From an uncultured Deinococcales bacterium (GTDB lineage Bacteria > Deinococcota > Deinococci > Deinococcales > JAAFIG01), in the NCBI GenBank assembly GCA_964247135.1, contig CAXTTL010000177.1, forward strand, positions 1-10,200: a DNA stretch of 10,200 nt, read 5' to 3'. A model generated the notes under the pieces. The model ran no database searches. It saw only the letters and a list, made by a program, of their open reading frames with translations, and was not told where the DNA came from. A program made the translations under genes and the position numbers. Shown here one piece after another: positions 1-7,860 of this stretch (positions are counted from its first letter, which is position 1; every line of letters begins with the position of its first letter).

Positions 1-578
1 GTATTTGGCATGAGATCAGCAATTTTCTTGTCGAATTCGGTGTACACGCCCGTAGGTTGAATCAGGCTGACCTCAATGCCAAAACTTTGCACTTCAAAGC
101 GCAATGCGTCGGTGATACTCTCCAGCGCCCATTTGCTGGCATGGTACGCCCCCGCGCCTGGGGCGGTGAAAGTACCACCAATCGAACCAACATTGATGAT
201 GCGACCAAAATGGTGTTGACGCATGGTTGGCAAAACCAGTTGGGTTAAACGCACCAAACCAAAAACGTTGGTTTCAAACTGATGCCGTAGTTTATCCAAC
301 TCGAGTTCCTCGATGGGTCCGTTCAAACCGTATCCGGCGTTGTTCACCAATACGTCTATTCTGCCGTGACGCTCGAGAATTGTTTCAACGGCAGTTTGCA
401 TGGATGTCTCCAAAGTGACATCCAATTCAAGGATTTCGCAACCAATATTTTGAAGTGGCATCAGTGTCTCGAGACGCCTCGATGTGGCGTAAGTGGTGAA
501 ACCGTTTTGGACAAATTGTTCGGCTGTGGCGCGTCCAATACCACTTGCTGCGCCTGTGATGAGTGCGACTTTTTGCAT
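1..578 (-). CDS. Short-chain dehydrogenase/reductase (SDR), 3' end runs off the window; missing from the ORF track
   Basis: Manual translation from ATG at 578: MQKVALITGAASGIGRATA (TGxxxGIG), then DVLVNNAGYG, IINVGS, YHASK (YxxxK). AAGGA RBS upstream. Confidence 0.95.
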   Translation of the reverse strand, partial: MQKVALITGAASGIGRATAEQFVQNGFTTYATSRRLETLMPLQNIGCEILELDVTLETSMQTAVETILERHGRIDVLVNNAGYGLNGPIEELELDKLRHQFETNVFGLVRLTQLVLPTMRQHHFGRIINVGSIGGTFTAPGAGAYHASKWALESITDALRFEVQSFGIEVSLIQPTGVYTEFDKKIADLMPN

Positions 579-594
579 GGAGTCCTTTCATTAA

Positions 595-610
595 GTAAAC
601 ATACGTTTAC
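595..610. promoter_or_regulatory. Putative TetR operator 1 (GTAAAC-N4-GTTTAC)
   Basis: Perfect 6-bp inverted repeat between divergent SDR and tetR, at the predicted SDR transcription start. Confidence 0.7.
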
Positions 611-616
611 ATAATG

Positions 617-645
617 AATCTAGCCCAGGAATTCGGGTTTGTCAA
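617..645 (-). promoter_or_regulatory. Sigma70-type promoter for the SDR
   Basis: Minus strand TTGACA (645-640), 17 nt, TAGATT (622-617). Confidence 0.7.
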
Positions 646-667
646 CAGGTGTTTACAAATGTAGAAT
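639..667 (+). promoter_or_regulatory. Sigma70-type leaderless promoter for tetR, overlapping putative operator 2 (TTGTCAAC-N4-GTTTACAA, 639-658)
   Basis: TTGTCA (639-644), 17 nt, TAGAAT (662-667), 6 nt, ATG at 674. Confidence 0.7.
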
Positions 668-673
668 CAATTG

Positions 674-1231
674 ATGCCAGAACCGCGACCACGCAACGCC
701 GACGCCACTCGAGCCAGCATTCTGAGTGCTGCCAGAAACTTGTTCGCGCAAAGTGGCTACGACGGCATCAGCTTGCGCGACATTGCCAACCAAGCCCAGT
801 GCAACGTGGCACTCGTCTCGAGGTACTTTGGCGGCAAAGACGAACTCTTTCTGGAAGCCGTATCAGAAGGATTTAATCTCGCCGACATTGCCAATACTGA
901 ACGCCAAGATTTCGGACAAAATCTTGCGCAATACATTCTTTCCAAACGCCAACGTGGGGCGCTCGAGCCACTGCAAGCCTTACTGCGTTCCACAAGTAAT
1001 CCCAAGGCAACAGCATTGATGCAAAATATTCTCGAGACACAGTTCATTGCGCCACTTGCCTATTGGCTTGGCGGTGAAAACGCAAAACTTCGCGCCGCTA
1101 CCATCGCCTCAATCATCATTGGTGTTGCCACCACACGCGATGTTCTCGAAAGCCCAAGTTTTTTAAAACCAAGCCTCGAGAAAAGTATCGAAACCATCGC
1201 GCCTTTGATTCAAGCCTTGGTAGACGCATAA
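674..1231 (+). CDS. TetR/AcrR family transcriptional regulator
   Basis: N-terminal HTH: ATRASILSAARNLFAQSGYDGISLRDIANQAQCNVALVSRYFGGKDELF. ATG 674 preferred over TTG 671 on -10 spacing. Confidence 0.95.
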   Translation: MPEPRPRNADATRASILSAARNLFAQSGYDGISLRDIANQAQCNVALVSRYFGGKDELFLEAVSEGFNLADIANTERQDFGQNLAQYILSKRQRGALEPLQALLRSTSNPKATALMQNILETQFIAPLAYWLGGENAKLRAATIASIIIGVATTRDVLESPSFLKPSLEKSIETIAPLIQALVDA

Positions 1232-1992
1232 ATCAAAGTTTCAGTTGAAGGTGCTGTAACGCTCGAGTTTAAAGGCTTATAAGCTTGATTTGCCCTCACC
1301 AACAACCACGCTCTGACATCCAATTCTTTGGCAAAATGCGCCACAGGCACAACGTTGGGCAGTGTAATCCCAATTTGTTCCGCCATTGTGTTCTCGAGAA
1401 TCTGCGCTTCACAAGCCTGCAACGACCAAGGTTGATGCAGAATATCCCCGCGATAAACCGTACCTCGAGCGTCAGAACTGAACAAACAATAGCGTTCAGT
1501 CAACCAATGCTCGAGGGTGCCTGGTGCGGCGTGAAAGACTTCGCCGACGGGTTTGTATTTGGCTTTGAAAGTTGCGGCTGGCGCGTTGCGGTGCGTGCGG
1601 AAACTCGAGTAATCCAACCAACCATTCTCAATTCGAGATGACATTTTTGCATCCATGTACGGCAGATGAAACGCAACCCGAGCGCCACGAACCGCCAATG
1701 GATTCTCGGCATCCAAACTGAAAAACCAGACGCCCGAACGCACACCGTCCGTGACATAGGTGCGCAAGTTCAACTCGAGAAACGCGTCCGTGCCAGGAAT
1801 CGGTGGCAAGCCTCGAGCGTGAATTTGATTCATGCGAAACGGCACGACGCCCAACCAGGCGTGACCCTCAAACGTCTCGAGTTTCAAACCCTTGGGAATG
1901 AATTTCTCGAGGCTAGCGACTGGCACAGGATAATGCAAGAACGCCAAATCGAGCCAGCGCATGTGCATGACCCAAAGGCGATCAGGTTTCAT
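1210..1992 (-). CDS. DUF2071 / YqjF family protein
   Basis: Motifs WLDLAFLHYPV, AWLGVVPF, ELNLRTYV, GVWFFSLDA, WLTERYCLF, HQPWSLQ. ATG 1992 overlaps the upstream stop (ATGA). Confidence 0.9.
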   Translation of the reverse strand: MKPDRLWVMHMRWLDLAFLHYPVPVASLEKFIPKGLKLETFEGHAWLGVVPFRMNQIHARGLPPIPGTDAFLELNLRTYVTDGVRSGVWFFSLDAENPLAVRGARVAFHLPYMDAKMSSRIENGWLDYSSFRTHRNAPAATFKAKYKPVGEVFHAAPGTLEHWLTERYCLFSSDARGTVYRGDILHQPWSLQACEAQILENTMAEQIGITLPNVVPVAHFAKELDVRAWLLVRANQAYKPLNSSVTAPSTETLIYASTKA

Positions 1993-2396
1993 TGCGCGTC
2001 GAGAAACCTTGCGCGAAGTTCTGGGGTCGGCAACCAACACGCCTCGCGCTTGCCAAAAATGTTGTAGCGGTAACGCCCGATGAAGTTATAAACCGTGTCG
2101 CGCAAGAATTTGGGGACAATTTTGAACGCGCTCAACCAAGACCATTTTGCGGGAAGCTGCCGCAAAATCTCGAGCACCGCGTCCGACCTCGTGTAAACCT
2201 TGTCACCTTCGATCAAAACCACGGTATTCATTCCAGGTAAACCATGAAGCTCGAGCAACTTCTTGCCCGCCTCGGATTGCTGTGAGGCGAATTGGAACAC
2301 CCCAGCGCGGTCATTGCTGATGATAAATTGCACCACACCGTTGCAAAGGTTGCACACGCCATCGAACAAAACAATGGTCTTTCCAGCGTCATTCAC
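1989..2396 (-). CDS. DCC family (DUF393/YuxK-like) thiol-disulfide oxidoreductase
   Basis: VLFDGVCNLC (DxxCxxC), FASQQS, C-terminal RYNIFGKREAC..P.PELRARF. GTG start 6 nt after TAAACT. Confidence 0.93.
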   Translation of the reverse strand: MNDAGKTIVLFDGVCNLCNGVVQFIISNDRAGVFQFASQQSEAGKKLLELHGLPGMNTVVLIEGDKVYTRSDAVLEILRQLPAKWSWLSAFKIVPKFLRDTVYNFIGRYRYNIFGKREACWLPTPELRARFLDAQ

Positions 2397-2462
2397 GACT
2401 TAAGTTTACTCAACTCGAGTTTTTAAAACCAGAGTTGGAAGTCCCCGCGTTAAACTGAGGTT

Positions 2463-3554
2463 ATGAACGATCCAATCCTCAAAAAATGGGCTGACCTGCT
2501 CTGCGATTACTGCTTTCAAATTCAAGCTGGGCAAAGTTTGATGCTCGATGCCAACAGCGAAGCCTTGCCACTCGTGCGCGAACTTCACAACGCGCTGCTC
2601 GAGCGCGGCGCGTATCCAATTCTCAAACTCGAGTATCCCGAGCAGCGTTCAGACTTTTATGCTTACGCCACGGACGCTCTTCTGGACAAGGTTTCTCAAG
2701 CCGAAATCGCGCAAATGCAAGCCATTGATGCGTACCTGGCGATTCGTGCCAGCAGCAACAGCGCGGCACTCTCGAATGTTGACCCTGAAAAACAAACTCG
2801 AGTCTTGCGTGCCAACAACGAACTTCGTAAGGCTCGAGAGGGTAAACCCTGGTGCGTGACGCTCTACCCAACCCAGGCTTACGCCCAAGATGCGGGCATG
2901 AACTTGGCGCAACTCGAGCAATTTATGTTTGGCGCAATGTTCTTAGACCGTGCCGACCCTGTTGCCGCCTGGGGCGAAATTCGTGCCATGCAAGCCGAAC
3001 TGATCCTGAAGCTCGAGCAAGCCAAAACCGTCAAACTCGAGGCGAACGGCACAGACTTAACGCTCGAGGTGACAAACCGCATTTGGCGCAATTCCGACGG
3101 CAAACGCAACATGCCAAGCGGTGAGGTTTTCACAGGTCCACTCGAGATGAGCGCCAACGGGGTGGTATTTTTTACGATTCCAAGTATGGTGAATGGTGTG
3201 GAGGTCAGCAATGTCAGGCTCGAGTTTAAAGACGGCAAAGTCATTGCCGCCAGTGCCGAAAAAGGCGATGCCTACTTGCAACGCGCCCTCGAGACGGATG
3301 AAGGCTCGAGGTTCTTGGGCGAACTTGGCATCGGCACGAATTTTGGGATTCAACGAAGCATCAAAAACATTTTGTTTGACGAGAAAATTGGTGGCACGGT
3401 GCATTTGGCGCTCGGCAACAGCTACCCCGAAACGCTCGGCACGAACCAAAGCGCACTTCACTGGGATTTGATTCTTGACATGCGCCCGAATGCGGGTGGT
3501 GGACGGATTTTACTGGATAGAAACGTGTTCGCGGAGAACGGAAAATTTGTTTAA
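2463..3554 (+). CDS. Aminopeptidase, peptidase M29 family (AmpT/AmpS/PepS-like)
   Basis: NMPSGEVFTGP, LGELGIGTN, LFDEKIGGTVHLALG, SALHWDL motifs. TAAACT-N6-ATG upstream. Confidence 0.93.
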   Translation: MNDPILKKWADLLCDYCFQIQAGQSLMLDANSEALPLVRELHNALLERGAYPILKLEYPEQRSDFYAYATDALLDKVSQAEIAQMQAIDAYLAIRASSNSAALSNVDPEKQTRVLRANNELRKAREGKPWCVTLYPTQAYAQDAGMNLAQLEQFMFGAMFLDRADPVAAWGEIRAMQAELILKLEQAKTVKLEANGTDLTLEVTNRIWRNSDGKRNMPSGEVFTGPLEMSANGVVFFTIPSMVNGVEVSNVRLEFKDGKVIAASAEKGDAYLQRALETDEGSRFLGELGIGTNFGIQRSIKNILFDEKIGGTVHLALGNSYPETLGTNQSALHWDLILDMRPNAGGGRILLDRNVFAENGKFV

Positions 3555-3596
3555 CTCGAGCTTTAACAAGAATTGACCAAGGTGTAAGATAAAAGC

Positions 3597-4100
3597 ATGT
3601 CATTGCCGTATGATTATTTAATCACCGAAGCCGAGCGTTTTAACGTCAGGCTCGAGATCATTGCTGGGGCGACAGTCTGGGAATCCAGTCCAGTTTTTAG
3701 ACATCAATGGGAAGTGAAACGAATTGCCAACTCTTTGCGCCCACTGGCAGACTCGAGTTGTGCATGTATCGAAACACAAGACACGTTGTTTAAATTTCCT
3801 GATGGTTCACTGAAACGCCCCGACATTGCCCTGCTTTGCACCATGCCAGACCTCGAGACTGCGGATGCTGCCCTCGAGTTGATTCCAACGGCGGTGATCG
3901 AAATTATCTCTAAAAATTACGAGTACAAAGACGTTGTGCTCGCACCACCGTTTTACCTGTCACAAGGCGTGCAAGACATTTTGATTTTCAACCCAGCCGA
4001 CAAATCCGTACTGCACTACCGACCCGATCTCGAGCAACCAAAAACCTACATTTCACCCATCACTTTGAATCTCGAGTGCGGGTGTGAAATTACGGTGTAA
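3597..4100 (+). CDS. Uma2 family PD-(D/E)XK endonuclease-fold protein
   Basis: EIIAG..SP..RHQ, KRPDIA, PTAVIEIIS, FYLSQGV. TAAGAT-N6-ATG upstream. Confidence 0.88.
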   Translation: MSLPYDYLITEAERFNVRLEIIAGATVWESSPVFRHQWEVKRIANSLRPLADSSCACIETQDTLFKFPDGSLKRPDIALLCTMPDLETADAALELIPTAVIEIISKNYEYKDVVLAPPFYLSQGVQDILIFNPADKSVLHYRPDLEQPKTYISPITLNLECGCEITV

Positions 4101-4142
4101 TAGATTTGCCCGAGTGACGATGCTCGAGATCACACCTGAATC

Positions 4143-5153
4143 TTGGCGGTTGCAAGTTACACTTTTGTGGTGAACCCCGAATTGCACGCGAGCATGGCTG
4201 GACGTGGCAACCCTTATGCCATGTTAACCGATGCTCGAAAATTGTTGCTCTACGCCCTGCACAATGCCGCTCCTGATGCAATCCAAAACATTCAGGGTGA
4301 AACTGAATTAAAACCCTTGGTTGAAGCATCTCTTGTCAAACAATGCGCGGATGGAACGTACCGTCCAACATTTTTCATCGCAGATGCACACGAGGTTGAA
4401 CGGGTGAATCATCAAGCTCGAGAGACAGGTCTTCAATTGGCGGCACGAGTCAAAATGTCTTGGAGTACATTGCAAAGCGCATTTGCAAAGTTGCATGTCA
4501 GTGAAAAGTTTTCTTTTGCAGAACAGGCTTTTTTTCTGGTTGGCGATTGTGTCCTCGATGTGGGCTTGCTGAATGCGCTGGCTCGAGATGGCAATTTATT
4601 GACACCAGCCCACGCCCGTCTCAGTCCAAATTTTCCAGAGGCACGCTATTGCTTTTGGATGATTGAAGGCGATGCCGATTCATTGGGGTGTTATGGACAA
4701 CGTTACACGCCTTTACCGTGGCATCATTGGACATTGTTGACTTTCGAGCGTTACCGCACAAAGTCTCAACCCATCACTTCGCGCTCTACACTCGAGCAAC
4801 ACCTACAGCAACTTGCCCCAACCGTTCCCAATGCCACAGCTTTGGGTCGCAGGGCAGCATTGGCGACGTACAATTCTCAAGCGGTCATGCTTTGGGAACA
4901 GACAACCCGTCCACTTTGCAATGATTTGGTACAAGTTTACAACCGTGAACAGACCCACCTCAAAACCCTGTTCGCAAGTTGTCACTCGAGCATATATGCT
5001 CCTGAAAGCTTCGGCGATTTCTTTTGCTGGTATGACCATCTTGCCTATGCTCATGCGATTGATGAATTGATCGCAACAGGCTATTTAGAATTGCCACAAT
5101 CAGGTTTTACAACCGCATTGTGGTACACAATCCCGAAATTCGCGGCTTTTTGA
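4143..5153 (+). CDS. Hypothetical protein, start uncertain, possibly 5' frameshifted
   Basis: 336-codon ORF filling the gap between two Uma2 genes; no family recognised; TTG start lacks an RBS and follows an in-frame TGA at 4137. Confidence 0.7.
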   Translation: MAVASYTFVVNPELHASMAGRGNPYAMLTDARKLLLYALHNAAPDAIQNIQGETELKPLVEASLVKQCADGTYRPTFFIADAHEVERVNHQARETGLQLAARVKMSWSTLQSAFAKLHVSEKFSFAEQAFFLVGDCVLDVGLLNALARDGNLLTPAHARLSPNFPEARYCFWMIEGDADSLGCYGQRYTPLPWHHWTLLTFERYRTKSQPITSRSTLEQHLQQLAPTVPNATALGRRAALATYNSQAVMLWEQTTRPLCNDLVQVYNREQTHLKTLFASCHSSIYAPESFGDFFCWYDHLAYAHAIDELIATGYLELPQSGFTTALWYTIPKFAAF

Positions 5154-5180
5154 AGTGAAATCACCGCGCTCGAGATTTCA

Positions 5181-5197
5181 GATTTGCTCGAGTGGTG
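5181..5197 (+). repeat. 17-bp direct repeat GATTTGCTCGAGTGGTG, copy 1
   Basis: Identical to 5772-5788; degenerate copy at 4102-4116. Confidence 0.85.
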
Positions 5198-5210
5198 CTA
5201 GAATTTTGGC

Positions 5211-5792
5211 ATGACCCTTGCTGCCGTGGAAGCAAATCAAAATCCACCAGAAATTCAGCGTCGTCGTTTCACGCTCGAGGAATTTGAACGCCTGAGCGAC
5301 CTGGGTTTGATTGCCGAACAACACGCGGAATTGCTGAACGGAGAGATTTACGTGAAAGGAATGCAAAGTCTTAGACACGCTTATACCATCGTGGCACTGA
5401 CCGAAAAAATGATGGCGCTCTACCAAAATCGAGTTTCTGTTGCCGCGCAAATCCCACTGATTTTGCTTTCGCCACCACCCGATTTTGTCGAACCAGACAT
5501 CATGTTGCGCAACCTGCCAACACAACAATACGCAACCCAAAACGCCAACTCCGAAGATGCCAAATTGGTTTTTGAAGTCAGCGATTCAACCCTCGAGCGT
5601 GACCAAACCGAAAAACTCAAAGCCTATGCCCGAAATGGCATTCCCGAGTATTGGATTCTGAATTTGCACCATAAACAACTCGAGGTTTACCGCGAACCAA
5701 GCGGCGAGGAATACTTGTTCATCCGCAAGTACAAAGCTGGTCAAGCGGTTGCGGCACTCGAGTTTCCTGATGATTTGCTCGAGTGGTGGTAA
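5211..5792 (+). CDS. Uma2 family PD-(D/E)XK endonuclease-fold protein
   Basis: RRFTLEEF, ELLNGEI, EPDIML, VFEVSDSTLERD..EKLKAYARNGIPEYWILNL. TGc-TAGAAT-N6-ATG upstream. Confidence 0.93.
   Translation: MTLAAVEANQNPPEIQRRRFTLEEFERLSDLGLIAEQHAELLNGEIYVKGMQSLRHAYTIVALTEKMMALYQNRVSVAAQIPLILLSPPPDFVEPDIMLRNLPTQQYATQNANSEDAKLVFEVSDSTLERDQTEKLKAYARNGIPEYWILNLHHKQLEVYREPSGEEYLFIRKYKAGQAVAALEFPDDLLEWW
5772..5788 (+). repeat. 17-bp direct repeat GATTTGCTCGAGTGGTG, copy 2
   Basis: Identical to 5181-5197; encodes the Uma2 C-terminus DLLEW. Confidence 0.85.
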
Positions 5793-5794
5793 GT

Positions 5795-6793
5795 TCAAAC
5801 ACCCAACATAAACTCGAGCGAATCCGCCAGCCCATTGCGCCACGTCACCCAGTTGTGACCGCTTGGACGCTCGAGGTAACGGTGCGCGTACTTTTTGTCG
5901 AACAACATGGCGGCAAAACGTCGGTTCGCGCCAAGCAACCACTCGAGTTGCCCACATTCGAGCGAGAAGCGAATGGGCAGTGGCTCGAGGTTCTGAAATT
6001 GGGTTAACAACCATTCCGCCGCACCGCGTTTGTATAGTTCGGTCGGAACACCTTGAAACGCGCCAGATTGCGAGACGACCAAACCGAAAACGTCTGGGCG
6101 TAGCATGGCGGCATAAACGCTTGCCATGCCGCCCAAACTCGCGCCCCACAATCCTCGAGTGGCGGCTTCTTTGGAGACTGGGAACTTCGATTCAATTTCT
6201 GGCAGGGCTTCGGTCAACAAAAACTCGAGATACTGCGGGTTCAGGTGATACTCGAGGGTGCGGTCATTCGGCTCGAGGAAGACCAAAATCGCGGGTTGAA
6301 TGCGCTCGAGGTGCAACAAGTTTTCCATCACGCTGCCAAGTTTGCCAGTGCGACGGTATGCCACGCCATCTTGCACGTAAAACACTGGGTACACTCGAGT
6401 TTCATCGAAGTTTGGCGGCAGGTGAACGTATGCCCGCCGTGTGCCTGCAAAAACCTTGCCAGCCCAACTGAGCGACACCGTGCGCCCTTTTGCGGCATCG
6501 GTCAGGGGTTCACGCAAAGGATGCGCTTCGTAACCCTCGAGAATCGCGGCACGACCGTACTTGTACCAAGGGTTTTCAGCCCAAACCTCATTGTCAGGAT
6601 CGGCAAACGGCGTGCCATGTTCATCCAGAAAGGCGTACTCGACAAATGCGCCTTTGGGAAACTCGAGCGTGACTGAACTTCCAACCTCGAGCTTGATGGG
6701 TTTGTCCAAACCGTCGGTGAAATCGCCGATCAGGGCGTGAGCGTGTTCTGGCGCGGTAAAAGTGACCTGGTTTTTAAGAATCTGAATCGGCAT
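5795..6793 (-). CDS. Alpha/beta hydrolase, enterochelin-esterase-like, with a small N-terminal beta domain
   Basis: VHLPPNFD..YPVFYVQDG, GASLGG nucleophile elbow, SQSG, GHNW. ATG 6793 lies 7 nt after TATATT; the longer ORF-track start crosses the rpsI terminator. Confidence 0.9.
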   Translation of the reverse strand: MPIQILKNQVTFTAPEHAHALIGDFTDGLDKPIKLEVGSSVTLEFPKGAFVEYAFLDEHGTPFADPDNEVWAENPWYKYGRAAILEGYEAHPLREPLTDAAKGRTVSLSWAGKVFAGTRRAYVHLPPNFDETRVYPVFYVQDGVAYRRTGKLGSVMENLLHLERIQPAILVFLEPNDRTLEYHLNPQYLEFLLTEALPEIESKFPVSKEAATRGLWGASLGGMASVYAAMLRPDVFGLVVSQSGAFQGVPTELYKRGAAEWLLTQFQNLEPLPIRFSLECGQLEWLLGANRRFAAMLFDKKYAHRYLERPSGHNWVTWRNGLADSLEFMLGV

Positions 6794-6823
6794 TGACACG
6801 AATATAACCCGCAACACGGCAAC

Positions 6824-6850
6824 AAAAAACCCTCGAGATTCTCGAGGGTT
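6824..6850 (-). terminator. Intrinsic terminator of rplM-rpsI
   Basis: Minus strand AACCCTCGAG-AAT-CTCGAGGGTT followed by TTTTGTT, 20 nt after the rpsI stop. Confidence 0.85.
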
Positions 6851-6869
6851 CTGAATTTCTGAATTGGTC

Positions 6870-7262
6870 TTAACGCTTGGAGAATTGTGGCGCACGACGG
6901 GCTTTTTTCAAACCGTACTTCTTACGCTCGACTTCCCTCGAATCGCGTGAAAGCAAACCGGCTGGTTTGAGTTTCGCACGGTTGTCGGCATCAATGCGCA
7001 CCAAAGCGCGAGCCAAACCGAGTTTGATCGCATCGGCTTGACCGGTCGGACCGCCGCCTTCAACGGTGATGGTCGCGTCAAAACGACCCGCTGCACCCGT
7101 CACGCGCAAAGGCTCGAGGGCTTGAACGGCTTTGATGATGCCACGGAAGTAATCTTGGAAATCTTTGCCGTTGACGGTAATGCTACCCTCGCCATTGCGA
7201 AGGAACACGCGAGCAACGCTGGACTTGCGGCGTCCTGTGCCGTAAAAAGATTCAACGGTCAT
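6870..7262 (-). CDS. rpsI: 30S ribosomal protein S9
   Basis: [43 protein letters not shown]. Confidence 0.99.
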   Translation of the reverse strand: MTVESFYGTGRRKSSVARVFLRNGEGSITVNGKDFQDYFRGIIKAVQALEPLRVTGAAGRFDATITVEGGGPTGQADAIKLGLARALVRIDADNRAKLKPAGLLSRDSREVERKKYGLKKARRAPQFSKR

Positions 7263-7711
7263 TCTTTCACCTCGTACTTGGCGTGTGGCAACTCGAGCTT
7301 GACAGGTTTTTGCGCGGCGTGCGGGTGGTTCTCGCCGCGAAAGACTTTGAGGTGCGTGTGGAGCGAACGACCGAGACGACCTTTTGGCAACATACCGAAC
7401 ACGGCGTGTTCGATCATGCGCTCTGGGTGCTTTTCAATCGCAATGCGGGCGGTCTCTTTTTTCAAACCACCCTGGTAGCCCGTGTAACGGGTGTAAACCT
7501 TGGTGTCGAGCTTGCCGCCGGTCAACACGACTTTTTCGGCGTTCAAGACAATCACAAAATCGCCATTGGCGAGTTGCGGGGTGTAATCGGGTTTGTGTTT
7601 GCCACGAATGAGCGTCGCAATGCTGGTCGCCAGACGACCCAGTGTCAACCCAGTCGCGTCAATCACGACCCAGTTGGCTTCGGTTCTTTGGGGAAGGTAA
7701 GTTTTGAACAC
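7259..7711 (-). CDS. rplM: 50S ribosomal protein L13
   Basis: [44 protein letters not shown] 7711 has a GGAGG RBS 7 nt upstream; ATGA overlap with rpsI. Confidence 0.98.
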   Translation of the reverse strand: MFKTYLPQRTEANWVVIDATGLTLGRLATSIATLIRGKHKPDYTPQLANGDFVIVLNAEKVVLTGGKLDTKVYTRYTGYQGGLKKETARIAIEKHPERMIEHAVFGMLPKGRLGRSLHTHLKVFRGENHPHAAQKPVKLELPHAKYEVKE

Positions 7712-7860
7712 GAGGTATCCTCCGAAATCCAAACAAAAATGCTTGGAATGGTTTGCCACTTTTCAGGTCCGTACCGATTTTCGGGGGAATATCCATCGGA
7801 CTGTTTCGGAGGGCGACTCCGAGGATCGTACCCCTACCAAGGTTACGACACCGAATTGAG

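Noticed and set aside
57-614. Plus-strand ORFs 57-248, 227-418, 366-614
   Set aside because: Antisense shadows of the SDR gene.
3597-5792. Restriction-modification system, integron or IS element at the Uma2 cluster
   Set aside because: No methyltransferase, integrase or transposase motifs, attC-like structure or terminal inverted repeats seen; the cause of the CTCGAG excess is not visibly encoded here.
6794-6895. ORF-track N-terminal extensions (esterase 6895, rplM 7759, rplY 8055, pth 8704, DUF2071 2040)
   Set aside because: They cross terminators, leaders or neighbouring genes; downstream starts have better SD or -10 support.
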